Below, in pieces: positions 21,601 to 37,738 of a stretch of 37,815 bases of DNA; the stretch's first letter is position 1, and each line of letters starts with the position of its first letter. The stretch is from positions 1 to 37,815 of the forward strand of contig NW_021835820.1 of NCBI RefSeq assembly GCF_006345805.1, written 5' to 3'. The translations under genes were made by a program, and so were the position numbers. This DNA is from Octopus sinensis (lineage: Eukaryota). The notes under the pieces were generated by a model. The model was not told where the DNA came from. It did no database searches and saw nothing but the letters and a program-made list of their open reading frames with translations.

Positions 21601-21922
21601 GCAGACGGATCCTTTGATTTTGAGATAAATCAGATGAATACTAAAAAAAGATAAATAGAAGAATTGGCATAAATACAATTATTCCTTGAGAGATAAAGTT
21701 GTAAATTAGTTTTTACTCTCATTAAGGTTCGGATTGCAAATCGATCTTGTTTGGAATTGTTGAAAAAAATTCGTTTTTTATTTAGTCATTATCAATCAAT
21801 TATGAGATATTCAACGTAAACAGTCAATAGAAGCTGACCTTAAAACTATAGTAAAGTGAGGATGAATAAAAATCAAATCTTTTTAAAGAAAAACTAAAAT
21901 GCTAAAAGAAATTTTAGAAAAT

Positions 21923-22562
21923 TCATCGTTCAAGAAAAGTCGAGACTTGTTTACAAATGTCATCCACCTCAGCCATTGCCCCAAATCCTGGAGAAGATGA
22001 AAACTAAGTCTAACCAGTATCCCCACAAGCCAAATGCTTATATATACAGGGGATAAGCTCATATCCCCAATTCCGCAGTTTTCCCAAAGCCTCGGAAGTG
22101 GCTGGATGGTCCCACATTGTCGTGTTCATGGCGGGCGCAAAGAGAAGTGGCTTATCAGGAGGCCAACAACGAGCAATGGAGGTCTGGACTGACTATACTA
22201 ATCTACAAGTAAATTGTCGCAGAGGCCGTGACTAATTTTTGAGAGACTGTTGGCATCGAGTGGAGCAATCAAGAAGAGAGTAGCCCAATTCCTGATATCA
22301 ATATGTAGAATAGTGTCCCCCATCTTTTCCCACCTCTGCCGTATCAAAAATGATAGTCAACCCATTCGTCACTGTCTTGATAGACTGGGCATTTCACAGA
22401 ATCTTTCGAAAAAAAGTGCAACGCGTGTTCTGTAACAACAAGTTTTACGTTTGCAATTTTCTGGAAATATGATTGAACTTTAACCATCAATTGTTCTACA
22501 AGATGAGGAATCTTGGTACTGGCCACACTTCCCGTACACCCAATCAAAACATTGTGTTTCAT
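21923..22562 (-). CDS. PPCDC: Phosphopantothenoylcysteine decarboxylase (CoaC/HAL3 flavoprotein)
   Basis: VLIGCTGSVASTK, LHIDIRNWA...IAPLDANSLSKISHGLCDNLLTSIARCW, PAMNTTMWDHP, LACGDTGFGAMAEV; introns 23-27 nt. Confidence 0.95.
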
Positions 22563-23358
22563 ATTTGTCTATTTTTAGTGTGAAAATTTATATACATAAT
22601 TGCAACAATAATATTTGTCAGAATTAACAAGGATCAACAACAGAAGTACAACACTTGTTATCAAAAAAATAATAAGGTCAATAAAGGTTCGGATTATAAA
22701 TGAGTGTACAGACGGATTATAAAAAGATAAAATCTTTAATATCACGCCGAAGAATAAAACTAACAAAAATCTGAAATTTTAAAGTTCAAGTAAATAAAAA
22801 AATATTTAGATCATAAAGGAATTTTTTTAATCTAAAAAATTGAGTCAAATGCTACAAGAATCAAGTTCAGATAATGAGACCATCTTAACGGAACGTCACT
22901 GCATCTTTAAGGGTTCATAAAATGCATATTTTCCAAAGATAAAAAAGATTTATTTCTAGACAGGATTAAATTGCATTTAATTAATTGCTTTAATATGGCC
23001 TATTACATTGACCTTATAAATCATTGCCTGTCAACAGCTGACTGATTTATCAATTAGTTTGTAAATTGTATTATGACGAGAATCCAATTAATTATCATAA
23101 TTATGAAAACAGCAGCTATCTGAATCGTTAGTAAAGAATGAAAAGTTTTTCAATTTAAATAGTTTTTTCTATGGAATCAAAATTTAGAGTTTTATTGAAG
23201 CTCAAAAAAACCAAAATGTTAGTCAGTTTTGCAAAGTCAGCTTATTCACTTTTCAGTTTTATCTAATCGCCATCACTAATTATGTTAATTTTCAAGGATA
23301 ATTCTAAACATAATGTCAAAATATTTTTTCCAAATTTTAATCTATCATTTAATATCGA

Positions 23359-23463
23359 TTAATCGAAGGGAAGGCCAGAGGCCTGGCGGATCGCCAAACT
23401 GTTCCCCCGGATAACGGCGATCGAGAACCGTTGCAATAGCCAGTCCACCTCCCGAGGATCGTG
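23359..23463 (-). mobile_element. Short 3' fragment of a second CRE-like element
   Basis: GC-rich island; minus strand reads HDPREVDWLLQRFSIAVIRGNSLAI, homologous to GDPRESKWLFERISLAIVRGNCVSI at ~20010-20085. Confidence 0.75.
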
Positions 23464-23689
23464 AGTAATACTAACTAAATTATCTGATTGTAATAAAACA
23501 ATCTATTTATGATAATTGATGATCGGACGATTCTAACTCATTAATATTAACGTAATGACTTTAAATTTTGTCACGTTACGTTTCAGTCAGAATAGTGCAC
23601 AATCATTACTTTTTCTTCGATGGTATGAACTTGCACAATTGTTATTTTCAGGATATAAAAATACTGTCAAATAAACTAATAGAAAAATT

Positions 23690-25265
23690 ATGACTTTGGA
23701 GGAGGCCGGGGTTGTTCAACTTGTTTTTAAGTTGATAGGAACATGAAAAGATTATTTTTTACGTTGAAAATATGTCAAATAAGCAAGTAACTGCTAGTCT
23801 GAATATACAACTCATTTATGTGTTTGCCTTATTCGAGTCTGTACAACTTTTGGTAATTTTTAGACAAGGACCTGGATCTTGGAATAGATATCCTTAAGAA
23901 TGTAAAACCCGGTGGTTTGATAGTTAGGCTTTAAAGACATGCCCAATTCGTCAATCTCCTGAAATTTCCACTTTTTTGCACGTGGACTGAAGAATAAATA
24001 CCTCAAATCCGAAAACACGGACCACGCTCTTCTATGCAAAAAATGGTGACAAATTCGCTGACTATGCAGGTACGAGACCGCCCAGGCTCTGAGTGAGGAC
24101 CAGTACGACATAGTAAACCCTATAATGTACTAACATTTGCTTACGCTCTCTGAGAGGACTTTTCTACTAAGGATAAGAAGGAATTGGGTTTTTGTTTGGG
24201 ATTATCTCAGTTGCTTTGGTCAAGGACCGGGCTGTGAGTGGTCGAAATGATAAATATTGGAGTGCATCCACTCTCGTAGTACTATTCTGCATTATTGGCG
24301 AGTTCCGTAAAATCGAGTCTCACTTGAGTCTCATCGTTGAATACAGACCTTCGGAGAAGTTAACTTTGTCAATTTATTTTAGGAAATTGTCTTCCCTTTT
24401 AAGGAACATTATGGTACTGACTCGGTTCAGTGGTGATTTGGAAATTGCGGATTGCTCAATTTTCAACAATTTGGTAATGTGGATATATCTAGTTTTAGTT
24501 CGCCCAGATAGTAGAGAACTTTCTTCGGAACTACATCATGGACGTGTGCTCGATATATGTGATTTTTGATTTTTACATACCAAGGCACTCACGGAAATGA
24601 GAAGGTCAATTTGCAAAGTGACCCCAGTCTCCCTGGTCTGATCATCTTATCACATTTTTAGAGTGTTGTGTTTGAAACGGCAGAGAGTTATCACCTTCTT
24701 CAGCGAGCAAAATTCACGTTATTTTCAATTCAGAGAATTTTAGTTGAATGACAACACAGTCAAGATATCCTCGACAACAGGTGACCAGACTCTGACTTTT
24801 CTGACCTCTTCGAAGTCAGAAAGGCAAAGTAATGTCTGTTCACTTCGAAGCATCATTGATTGGAGTGCAACTCATTTCGAAAAATTGCTCGTTTGGCATT
24901 CAAATATCTCAAAGCGAAAAGGGAACATTGAAGATCATTCGCTGCGTCGATTTCAAGTATTATCTTTGACATACTTGGTAGCTTTCCTAAGTTCCTGGGT
25001 CCGAATCTCACTGTGTTGCACATGCGGGGCTATAAACATTGTGGCTTTCGTGAAAAGTGCTATAATAATAATAGTAAAAACAAGTAATTTGCTGTGATGA
25101 ATATCCTCCAATTGCTCCGGAAATCTGGAAAAATGATATCATCACTTTTCTAAAAAGGTTATGTTTTTTGAATATCGACAGATTGACGTCTGGGGAGTGG
25201 GAACGGTGGTTTTGGAGTTGTTGGGGAATAAAATCTTCCACGCTTCCTTGGTTTGGCTGATATTT
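23690..25265 (+). CDS. Unidentified multi-exon gene or pseudogene, copy 2 of 1-1380 including its upstream part
   Basis: Same ORF fragments as copy 1 (24192-24569, 24744-25097); boundaries approximate. Confidence 0.3.
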
Positions 25266-25916
25266 TTATTTTAGCTGACAAATGAAATTGAACTTGTTCC
25301 TGAAGCAAAAAATCCCAATTTTCGAGCTTCGTTGGAATCCTTGAAGGAAGACACATTTTTAAGTTAAGGAATAAATGGAATTTTCAAGATGATCATAAGT
25401 GACTTGAAAATTATGTTTTATATTAATTTTTAAATAATTGATCATTTCTTTTTAACAAAATAAATCTTAATATTCAAGGTCATTACAAATAAAGCCTCAA
25501 GAGAGCTCTACACGACGAAACCTAGCATGAATGATCAAGTTTGAATATTCCATGGAAACTAACAAAAGTCCAGTTGATTTTATTCACAAAACGGAACAAT
25601 GAGAACGTCAATACGAATACATTCCAACAGCTGTCAAAGTGCGTCAATATTTGTTCTGCCTATACTCCAATACAATTCGGGAACGTAAAGGAATTTTTAA
25701 TCTAAAAAATTGAGCCTGAACGTAAAGTGCAGGAATCCCTAGTGGGGACAGAATAGGTTTGTTTTCCGTGCAAGCAGGTCGTACTTTTTTAGCATTGGGT
25801 GCCTTCGAGACAGAATCATAGTATATTAATTTTTGGTTAAATGGTGAGAAATATAATATTTTTTTATATAATAAACATTAATTAATTTTATTAAATTTGA
25901 ATTACGTCCTTCCGAA

Positions 25917-26467
25917 ATGCTTGGTTTAAGTGACACTCAAAGTATTACAAAAAAGAATACTTATAAATCATCAACTTTATTTTAAATAATACTTTTCAGA
26001 AATAGGAATCTGGCTGGTGAGTTTTGGACTGATTTCACTCTCTTTGGGCCTTTTTTTGTTTCTCAATCGAGGCCTTCTCACCATGGGAAATGTTTAGAGC
26101 AATGTTTAGTCACATTACAGGTGTTGATTGTTTCGGGGATTGTTTTGATTATTGGATTCGAAGGATCCTTCCGATTCTTTTTCCAACGAAATAAACTTAC
26201 ATCCACAGCTGCATTTCTATTCGGAATTTTTTGTATTTTTTTAAATTGGAAATTGATTGGAATTGTAATCGAATTGTACGGCCTGGTCATGTTGTTGAGG
26301 TATTTTCGGACGTATTTTGTAGAGGGTTTTTCCCCGTGGTGCTGGGATATGTTTCCCGAGTCCCCCTGATCGGAGCCCTGGCCAGGATGCCCATTTGCAC
26401 GAAGGTTGCACTCATTTCTTTATTCTAGTTTGTCGAATTGCTTTCGGGGAATGCGCCTATCCTTTAA
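25917..26467 (+). CDS. GOLT1: Got1/Sft2-family vesicle transport protein, copy 2
   Basis: Duplicate of 2032-2582. Confidence 0.93.
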
Positions 26468-26656
26468 TCACACATTTTTAATATTGTTTTTAAATATAGA
26501 TTTATTTGGATGAGTTATTTATTGACTGAAAATTAGTTTATTTTTAAAACTAAAAGGTTGATTGAATTGACCAGATTTTGTAGGCCGTAACAAAAAGTTA
26601 TTTGTAGGGCAAAAAATATATTTTTAGTTATTAAAAGTGAAATAAAATTACTATTA

Positions 26657-27560
26657 ATGGAATGTGAACTGGTTGATGCGGTTATGGACACTCAGTGTTT
26701 TATAAATGAAAACTTTTCAAAGTTAACAATCGATGGAGTCAACATAATAAAGAGAAACTATCACAAGACCAACAAAGTAAACATGTTTATAGAGGAGGTG
26801 GGCATCCACTGCTAAATAAATCAGGTCACCGACTCTCTGCTGTCCTCCATTCGTACACATTTAGACATGATTGATCCTTTTTCCGTAAATGACCATTTTG
26901 TTGTTTATAGAGCGAAGAGACCCTTTATTTGGGAGATGGGTATGTCCTCAGTGATGACCACCCCCGAGATATGGAAATAACTGGTACACACTAAAATAAA
27001 CAGTCAGTTAAATTATTCGTCAACGAGCTGGAAACTGAGGCCATTTTGAGTGGAGAATTGAATAGATGTATTCCTCGTTGATATTGCAGTGAGGGGGGTT
27101 CTCGGAGTGGGGTGCCTCAACAGGGTCATTCTCTCATATTCGGGGGATAAAAATGTGATCAGTGAAACATTCATGGCACATTGGAGAGAACTTGAGTTGT
27201 GTGGTGTGGCCAACTCGTTGGGGGTTGCTGATATGGACTTTGCTTTGCTCGTTCAGTTGTTCGAACGTGCTGCAGTCAAGCCCTGCGTCGTCCAATCCAA
27301 CTTTGATGACTGTTGTGTCATTCCTGCCGAACTGACTACTTTTTGCAAAAATAATAATATTAAAATATTGACCCATCACGACCCGAAATGTAATGTTTGC
27401 TTTATTATGATTAGTTCCGCTGGTTCTTGGTGAATTGGAGGGTAATCTCCCGGTGGCCAAAAGTAATTGGGGGATAAAAGTCCTCATGCGACACAGCGCC
27501 ATCATTCCTTCGAGGGGGCTCATTCTTCATAAGGGATATTCCGTCTATGCTTCACGATGA
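26657..27560 (+). CDS. GCLM: Glutamate-cysteine ligase modifier subunit, copy 2
   Basis: Duplicate of 2772-3675 with a few substitutions, mostly third-position. Confidence 0.88.
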
Positions 27561-27639
27561 CTAATACAAATTTAATTATTAATAGTAATCACAATAATTT
27601 CTAATAAAATTACTTATTGTCAAGTATACAATTATTGCT

Positions 27640-28618
27640 ATGCATTATCGCTGCCTCACTTGTCGATATCCGGGCTCACTTATTTCTCGCTTTCCATTGG
27701 ACAGGGTTACAGCTCAATGGAATGTGTCATTGCCGGAGTACAATCCTCCATACTACACATCCCCCCACATATTGGAGGACAATCCTCCCTGGGCCGACAC
27801 AGAGTTATTCTTGTGGTCATAAAAACACAGAGATACTTCCAATATAGTATTCAACACACTAGAAAAGTCAATTAACCGAGTTAGTCATATGGGTCCTTTT
27901 GATGTGACCGAAAATAACATTCCTCTGTAAATTGTGTGTAGTAGTGGTAGTAATCCGGTTGGGAGGACAGGATTGGTAGGGAGGGGAAGACTGGGGAGAT
28001 GGGGACCAAATCATGCTGCCGACCCAATCGTGACACGGTTCCAATCGGGAAATATTAAACATTTAGTCAGATGGAAAAGGGATTCGAATTATGAAGTACT
28101 TGTTGATAATGACTCGGGTCTCCCCATTCTACAATTCGTGGCAATCATTAGGAGAGACTGCGGGGCCTGGGCTCTCCCTGGGGTTCCACTTAATTAACTA
28201 TTTAAGGGAATGGTCGATCCTGGCGAACAAGTTTCCTGCACTTTAAAACGAGAGTTTTGTGAGGAGGCTGCCAACATTGAAATGAACCACAAAGTTATCG
28301 AAGAGTCACTCCAGAATGGGGTGGAGGCATATTTTACCAAAGCACTGATACCCAGATTTATCGAGGATATGTGGATGACCCCAGAAACACGGACAATTCT
28401 TGGATAGAGACAGTGGCCGTGAACTATCATGCGGACGAGTGGAACTCTCCTATCGCCCAGCTGAATCTCCATCATGGTTGTGATAGAGGATGACGCATTT
28501 GTCAGGGGATGACGCAGTGGGTGTCCAATGGATGGACTTTGTGCCTGGAATGGACATTTATGCTAACCATTCGTCCTTCATAACACAAGTGGCAGTTAAT
28601 CGAAACGCCTTTAACTAA
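27640..28618 (+). CDS. NUDT9: ADP-ribose pyrophosphatase, copy 2
   Basis: Duplicate of 3755-4733 with one A->V change (DRAT/DRVT). Confidence 0.95.
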
Positions 28619-28764
28619 TCATTAGTACTAATTATGCTACTTTTTTCATTTGCTACTTATTCTTGTCCTTTGTTGCTTTATTGGATTAACATTTAATGAT
28701 TTAATCAATTCTTCAAGTATGTGACATCGATTTTTGATACCTAAATGAACACTTGTTGTAAATA

Positions 28765-29585
28765 CCAGTGGTTGATATTCTTCGTGACCTCTCAATTCCT
28801 ACTAAGCTTCTTAGTTGCCTTCTATGGAACGAATCCAGTTTCAATACTTCGTTGAGAGAACTTCCTCATGTCCCAGCGTTGACAGTAGGATCAGATCTTT
28901 CATGAGTAATATCGACTTGTCTTCTCATTTCCGTAGTTTCGGTTTTGAAACCATTTTCCAAGCTTCGCAGGTGCATTTTCTAGTAGGTGTTGGAGTGCGG
29001 ACACAAAATCCACATCATAAGATGCCTCTTCTATGTCTCCTATATAGCATTTAGGGAGGTCGCGGAGTGCAGATTGAATGGAGTCACCCTGGAGTGTCCC
29101 AATCGTTGTTTTGAAACTGCGGGAAGTTGCTCTTTCTGTCATAGAAAATAGTCTTTGTTCTCAAGTAGTAGTCTGATTATCCTAACCGTCAATTTATTTG
29201 CTTAAGCACATTCATCAGCTTTGGTCTGTTAGAAAGCTCTGGAGAGATCTATTCCCAACACGGTCGTTGCCCAGCGACATCTGTGGCTCCAATGCCGTAG
29301 ACCTCCCTTTTCAGTACCCATTTTGATAGATCTGTCACTCCCTTTATCCGTGTTTGCCAGCACCTTGCGTATCGAATTCAAAAGTATTATCGGGCAAAGA
29401 TTTTCTACTGATCCTTTTGATTTGTTCGGTTTTGTATGAGTATTAATTGTCCATTTCCAAGTCCTAGATCGGTGTTGGTATCAAAAAATGTCATATAGGA
29501 TTTTTGCATTTGTGTCGTTTTTTGGTCCATATTTTAGAAGCTCAGGGCTTATGTTGGTTTAGTTTGACCTGTAAGACACATCTGA
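28765..29585 (-). mobile_element. Decayed non-LTR RT fragment, copy 2
   Basis: Duplicate of 4880-5700. Confidence 0.75.
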
Positions 29586-29805
29586 TCGTTGATTTTTCAA
29601 TAGCGATGTAGTTTTCTAAGATGATCCACATGTGGTGCAAATCCCGTGCAATAGTGCTTGCATTCAGTCGGGAAGAGGATCAGTCGGTAGTTGTTCCATG
29701 AATAATTGCGTCCAAACTTTTCAGACCTGCAAGATAGAAGTAAGTAAAATAAAAATATTAGTAAATTTAATCCTAAAATATTTTTAAAGTAATAAACACG
29801 ATAGC

Positions 29806-31293
29806 ATGTTAGGTGATTATAACTTTTGTTCATTCAACTGGACAAATATATGCACTCACGTGGCTAAATTTACAAAAAATGACATAAACGGATTTCTTAT
29901 ATCAAAAAAGAATTCCCCCGAAACGGTCATTGGGAGTGTCCCCGTTTTACATCTCAATTTGACATTGTCCCCGACTATGGAAATGTGTTTGAAAAAAGTT
30001 AAATATATATTATTAATACAAGTTGGAGCAATTTTGTGATGACAACGACTACCAAATAACTGGATATTATGAAAAGATTAGTTTTTCTGATCCTCGAATG
30101 TAATATTCAATTATATATTATCAGAATACTCCCATCCTCGCTTAAACTAATGAAGAAACTAAATATAAGTCTGTATGTCCAGGTAATGGAATTTTCTATA
30201 TTCCAGGTAAGATTCACTAGAAACTTGCAAGTGGGTATATATGACTTGAAACCGAACGGTGAGCTGCTCAAGAGTGTTGGGTATACTTCTCTGCTTATTT
30301 TAGCGAGGATTTTTCTGACGAAATTGAGAATGTGTGGCTTAATATTATTGATAATCAATCTTTTCATGACTTTTTGGACTTTGACGATTACATCGACTGT
30401 CCTTCTGTTGAATGGCCGTTGGTTTGAATTGACTATTGTCCCTGTTCTCTAAAAATGTTAATGTCTTGTATCTATTTATGATACAAAAATGAATACTATT
30501 AGTTAGCACTCAACATATTTTTGTCCTACTTGATGAGATTCATTAGCTTGAAAATGATTCGAAAAAGATTTTACAAAACGAATCATATTTTTGCTTCTGC
30601 ACCGAATGAGTGGTTTCAAAATGACTTTATTTATCTGAAAAGGTTTAAAAACGTTAACGGAGGATCCAAATGGATTCTATCCGTTATCTGTTTTATGATT
30701 ATAATTATCCTAGTTTTGCTTTTGCTAGGGCACTAATGAATAAGTCAGAAGTCGAGGTTTCAAAAAAATTCGAGTCCCTTTTTATCTCAATGATTCCTGT
30801 CAAATTCTACAATTGGACAATGGGACAGAATTCAAAAATTACGACAATATATTATTTTGTAGGAAATAGTTGAGCTCTTTAATCAATTGAAGTATCCTAA
30901 TGTAAATGAATGAGTCTTAATTCTTGAATATTCAGTCCATTGCTAAAATATAACGATGCCCTCATTTTCAGATACCCTATTCAAGCATTATCAGGAATTT
31001 TAGGAACAAATCTGTTGCCGATAATCGAATGCGTAGAAAGTGACATATTTTAAGTAATCTTAGAATCGTCCGAAAAAACATTTTCTTTAATTTTGAAATA
31101 CATCCGATTTGTAGTGATGATAAATAAGGCTTGGATTACAAAGGATTATGGGACGAATCCAGCTTTAATGTTGAATAAATTTGAATCCAAATATTCCGAT
31201 ACTTGCGAAATACTAAAAATACTGTTCAACGAAATTCATGTTTATGTAAAATTTTCAAATGATGATAAAAAATCGGTGTTGATGTCTCGTTAA
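29806..31293 (+). pseudogene. Unidentified decayed gene, copy 2
   Basis: Duplicate of 5921-7408. Confidence 0.35.
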
Positions 31294-32152
31294 AAAAATA
31301 GCAATTAAATGTCTATTTATTAATTTTTAAAGTTCGTAGCATTAATTTGTTAACTATTTGCCATAGTAACACGTAACGCACAGGCTGCCCATAGAGGCCT
31401 GGTTGCTAATGTCACATAAGACCACCTCACTTCAATCAAAAGGGAAACATGACTGAGACCAATGCCTTTACGAGACCTATCTCGATGCGAGAATTTATTA
31501 ACAATGAGTGCTCAACCTATTTCCTCGTAACAAAATACCATTTTTCTTGTTAAGGAGGAATAAACTATGGCTATTGATTTTTTGTACCTCGGATTTTTTG
31601 ATTATGATTTAAAAATTAAAATGAAAATTTTTTTTATGAATAAAATTAGCTTGCTAAGCAACTATGAGTAACTATAAAAGTTATATTTAGAAAACACAGG
31701 GATACCAAATGAACCAAATAAAGACATTATTGCCACGTTAAAGTAGTTTAAAATTATAACATTTCGAGATCTTCGGAAGCAGATAACAGAATAAAGTTCT
31801 TCAAGCACAGATGTCGCGAATCAATTGTTTGTCGATAAGAATAAATAACAGAATGCACAACTTAAGCACATCATTGGCTGCCTTCCCACCGCCCAAGAGG
31901 CATTTCATTTCGAAGCCATTCTTTCCGAACCATTTTCCCGAAACGTGCCAAGATCCAAAATAAATAAAACAAATGTATATAAAATATTATCACGTATATC
32001 AGTCCAACAGAATCGCTAAACTAATGCAAGACACCAACAATCATGATATAGTTCGACGAATATAAATCACTTAACATTATATTGACTATTAAGAAGCTCT
32101 TAAGATTTTATTAAGACTTATCGAGAAATAAAGTAATGCCAACGTCGATAAA

Positions 32153-33062
32153 CTACTTCCGAATGCTCACATTATTTAATAAATAGTCGATAGTCCTCAT
32201 GGAATTGGGGGTGATGTAGTGGAGAGATATCAAATGCCGACTCACACCATTGCGCTCCTGCATTAGTGAGATAAAGCAGACGAACTGGGTGTTTGTCCAA
32301 CTCTCGAAATTGTTTATACCAATCCGGTGTATTTTTTGAAAACGTGTCGATCAGATTAAATGAAGAAAACCGAGGCAACTGAGATTCGTCGGATTTAATG
32401 TCAATTTCGAGACGATTCAAACAACGACCCATTTCCACGTCTTCCATGCCTGTCTTGGCGCTGCATTCCTTCACCTGGGAGTATATTTAAGCCACTACCT
32501 CTGCCTTATTGGCAGAAATCACTTTCTTTACAGCCTCTCTACTCAAAATATAGGAGGCTCCCCCACTGAAATATCCATTGGGGAAATATTTGTAGAATTT
32601 GAGTCCAAATGAAACAGGGCGACTGTGATCTTCAGAAACGAGGAATTGGCGAAGATTGTTCACAATAATATATGTATCGTCGTCTGCTTTGACAATCCAG
32701 TCATATTCGTCGTGAAATTTGGCTTCGATATATTTCAGTCCGCCGTATGTTTTTGAAGGGAGATGTTCGTAGTCATCGTTGATATTCAGCGAGGTTATGA
32801 AGGACTCGTTCGCTATGACTTTTCCGACAAAATAAAATGTCTTGTCACATCTTTTGCCCCACGTATCCAAGACTGCACGTCCTCGGGTTTTATAATTGTT
32901 TTTTGATGTTAAAATCATACAAAATATGACATGTCGATGACTGTCAGTTCTTCCGAGGACGACAATATTCTGAAAATAAAGAATGATTCCTAAGAGGATG
33001 ACAGATGCGATAATCAGCAATCTATATATTTATGAATAAGCGTGCCTTTTATACAAAAACAT
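32153..33062 (-). CDS. C1GALT1: Core 1 beta-1,3-galactosyltransferase, copy 2
   Basis: Duplicate of 8268-9178; the differences I saw are synonymous or intronic. Confidence 0.9.
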
Positions 33063-33624
33063 TTATGATTATAAAATTGTGTATTTTATTCAATTTTATT
33101 GCAATCAAAAAATCAAAAAATAATAATCCATATGTATAATAACAAAGGGACACAATAAAAAGTGACAAAATATTGAGAATGCAGAAGAGGAGATCTTTTT
33201 GAATCGAATTTTGAAAAACTCACTTAATAGGGGATTTGGCTGAACAAGGTCAAAGACTACTGTAAAGATTTATAAGTAATAAATGTAAAAAGTGAGTGTA
33301 AAAATAATGCTTAAGCATGACAGTCGGATTTTCTCGACAACTCAATAAAGAAAATAAGCCTAATTGATAATCGATATTTGAAAAATAAAAATTGGCACAA
33401 AACAATCCCAGGGGTCGGAAAATAAAGCACAATAGCCAACTATTTACGCAGAATAGACGCGTCAATAATGTACGCACTAATAATTAAAAAGTTCAATTAT
33501 ATAAATTAATCTCAATTTATAAAAGAACGTCAAAACATTTATTAAACAATATTTTATATTATTTTTAAAATTGAATAAAAGATTAGAATAATATTTAAAA
33601 ATATTAATAAACAAGGAGGTTGTC

Positions 33625-35292
<1,668 letters not shown>

Positions 35293-36422
35293 TAGGGTAA
35301 TTAATTATGTGATTCCAACAATCCTCAAGATCTTTCTCAGCTTTTCCCGATGTTGGATTCTGGAACCAACGCAAGTGCGGGACGGGCGGGGAACAATTTT
35401 CGTGAATAATTAAATCGGGGTGATGTGCTTTTGGTTGCTAAGGTCTTGGTCTTTTAACAGTTGGTCCTGTTGAATGGCCAAGAAGCCTTTTCCATTTTCT
35501 TAATTAGAATGGAAATATTCAACTATGTAACAAACTTGCCTTAAAGTTCAATTTATATGTTTACAAAATTCCTTCCAAATAAAGTAAAAATAATTTTGAC
35601 AGTATTTTTCAAGGATCAACGTTATTAACAATTCAGTGTTTATGAAATCTCCGATATTTACTTAACAGAAATTATATTTGATTTCTTTTTGGGGAACGCA
35701 GGTTCTAAATTGAATCTCAGAGAGCATAATCTGTTCATCATAGGTTAAAAATGTTCTTACCCATTTAGAAATCACATGACAAAATGAAAATTGTTAACTT
35801 TCGAGATGATCAAGGAATACAATTCCCCACTCTTCTAGAAAGCACGTAAAATAACTTTTAGAAAGTGCAATTTCTATAACAAAATGTATCAAGAAACTCT
35901 CATTTAATAAAGTACATAAGCAGCTAATTACGCATATTATAAAGTCAAGTCAATAATTCTTTATATTCTACTAATAATTGATCCTTCAGAATTATTTCGC
36001 TAAATGTGAGCAAATGATGTAATGTCACGTTGTTTTATAAAACATATAATTAAGAGGTTGATAGAACTGTTCGATCAGAATCAACAAATGAATTTTGAGA
36101 AAAGTCACATCACGCAATGTCAACCAGTTACTGAAAAGGACGAAACTATTTTGTCAGAGATGACATCGATAAAAGTACACAAATAATATCATTTTATAGG
36201 AACAAATAAAAAAACTATTTGTCTAAAATAAAAAAGCTATTTCTCCCTAAAAACGACGTCAACGAACTCGACGGCGACAAAGACTCTCCAAAAAAATCGT
36301 GGAGCAATAAAATAAAACCGTCTTAAATATTTAATCTTTATAAATATTGTTTCTTTAATTCGTTTCGTCACTACCCGCGCACTCAAAAAAGCGAAAAACT
36401 TTGTTTCAAATATTCCAACAAG

Positions 36423-37531
36423 TCACTCATCTTCTAAATACGAAAGATAAAATCCCTAAAAATGAAAAAAGAAAACAACAAGTTGTAGAGAAGCAGCAGC
36501 CAAGAGCATCATTTTGGGGTTAAAACGGACAAGACGAACACACTCGTTAGGCAAAGTCGACTTGATTTGACAAGTCCTGACCCCCGACTCGACGTTCCAG
36601 GAATGCAATCCACCGTCAGTAGAACCAGAAATCACATACTGCGAGTCCGGGGTGAAATCTGCTTCAATTTTTGAATGATTGTTGGTAAATCCCTAAACGA
36701 GTAACCAAATAGAAATGCCTCAAATGCGTGTTTGAAAGTCCCGTGGAATGCATCCACAAGGAAATGACAGCACCCGGAAGTGGAGACCAAAATATTTTTC
36801 CCGTCGGGACTGAATTTAATGCCCGTCCACTCGGGGGTCTCCTTGATGTCCGAAGTGAGGAAAGGACCCTCCAAATGAACAAATCAAACAAACCTTGTCA
36901 TACGATCGCAAATCATAAAATTTGAGTGTAGACCGATATCCCACCGTGAATATGAGTCCTTCGGGGTCGATCGCGGCCACGGGGAAGTCAGGGACAGTCA
37001 GCATTCCCTACTTTCCCCAAACACTCAAACCTGGCAATTCGGAGACTTGAGATCCCAAATCCTCACAGTCTTGTCGAGGGAGGCGGAAAGAAAGAGATCA
37101 TCCAGTGGGGACATCTGGAGACAGGTCACTCTAAAATAAACAATATTCTCCCTACCGATCACTATGTCCACTAAAATAGCGAATATACTGATTATTGTGG
37201 AGTGAGAGGTACCGAACACTGTCTATGAATTGATGGAGGGGGAGGACCGTCCAGTTTGGTGGATGCGTGGATGACCGTATTCTCCGCGTGAGTGTATTGG
37301 ATTAGAGACACCCCATATTTCTTGCTGTTTAAAAGTCTCTGGAATCTGGGAGAGTTTTGTGGAGGAATACATTCCGTTGTTGCAGTCGTAGATTGAAATT
37401 TGGTCATCATCTCCGCTTGTGATGAGAATCTCCCCGTTTTTGGTAAAGTCCATGTGATTTATTTCCTTGCGGTTCTCCTTGAATACTTTTGCGACGCGCA
37501 GACATTGCATAGACTGATTGTCCAGCTTCAT
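36423..37531 (-). CDS. WDR82: WDR82/Swd2, copy 2, first exon in frame
   Basis: [50 protein letters not shown] followed by the same downstream exons. Confidence 0.94.
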
Positions 37532-37738
37532 TTTGTTCACACGTGAAAAAAATGTTTTTATAAAATTTAAAGTTTTAATTTAAAAAGTTTTAAATTATAT
37601 TAAAAGGTAAAACTCATATTGATTATTGTGGTGACACATATTACTAAATGTTGGTGGACCTTTGAATGGTTTAAAATTAGTATTTTATTGTTAAAAAGAG
37701 TTGTAGTTAATAATTTAATTAAAGACAGTCAAACAAGA

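Larger units (their letters stand above)
23888..33357 (+). repeat. Segmental duplication block A, copy 2
   Basis: Matches 1-9473. Confidence 0.97.

Noticed and set aside
2032-22562. Alternative genetic code or programmed frameshifting to explain fragmented ORFs
   Set aside because: Short GT-AG introns restore frames under the standard code, and TAA, TAG and TGA all occur as true stops.
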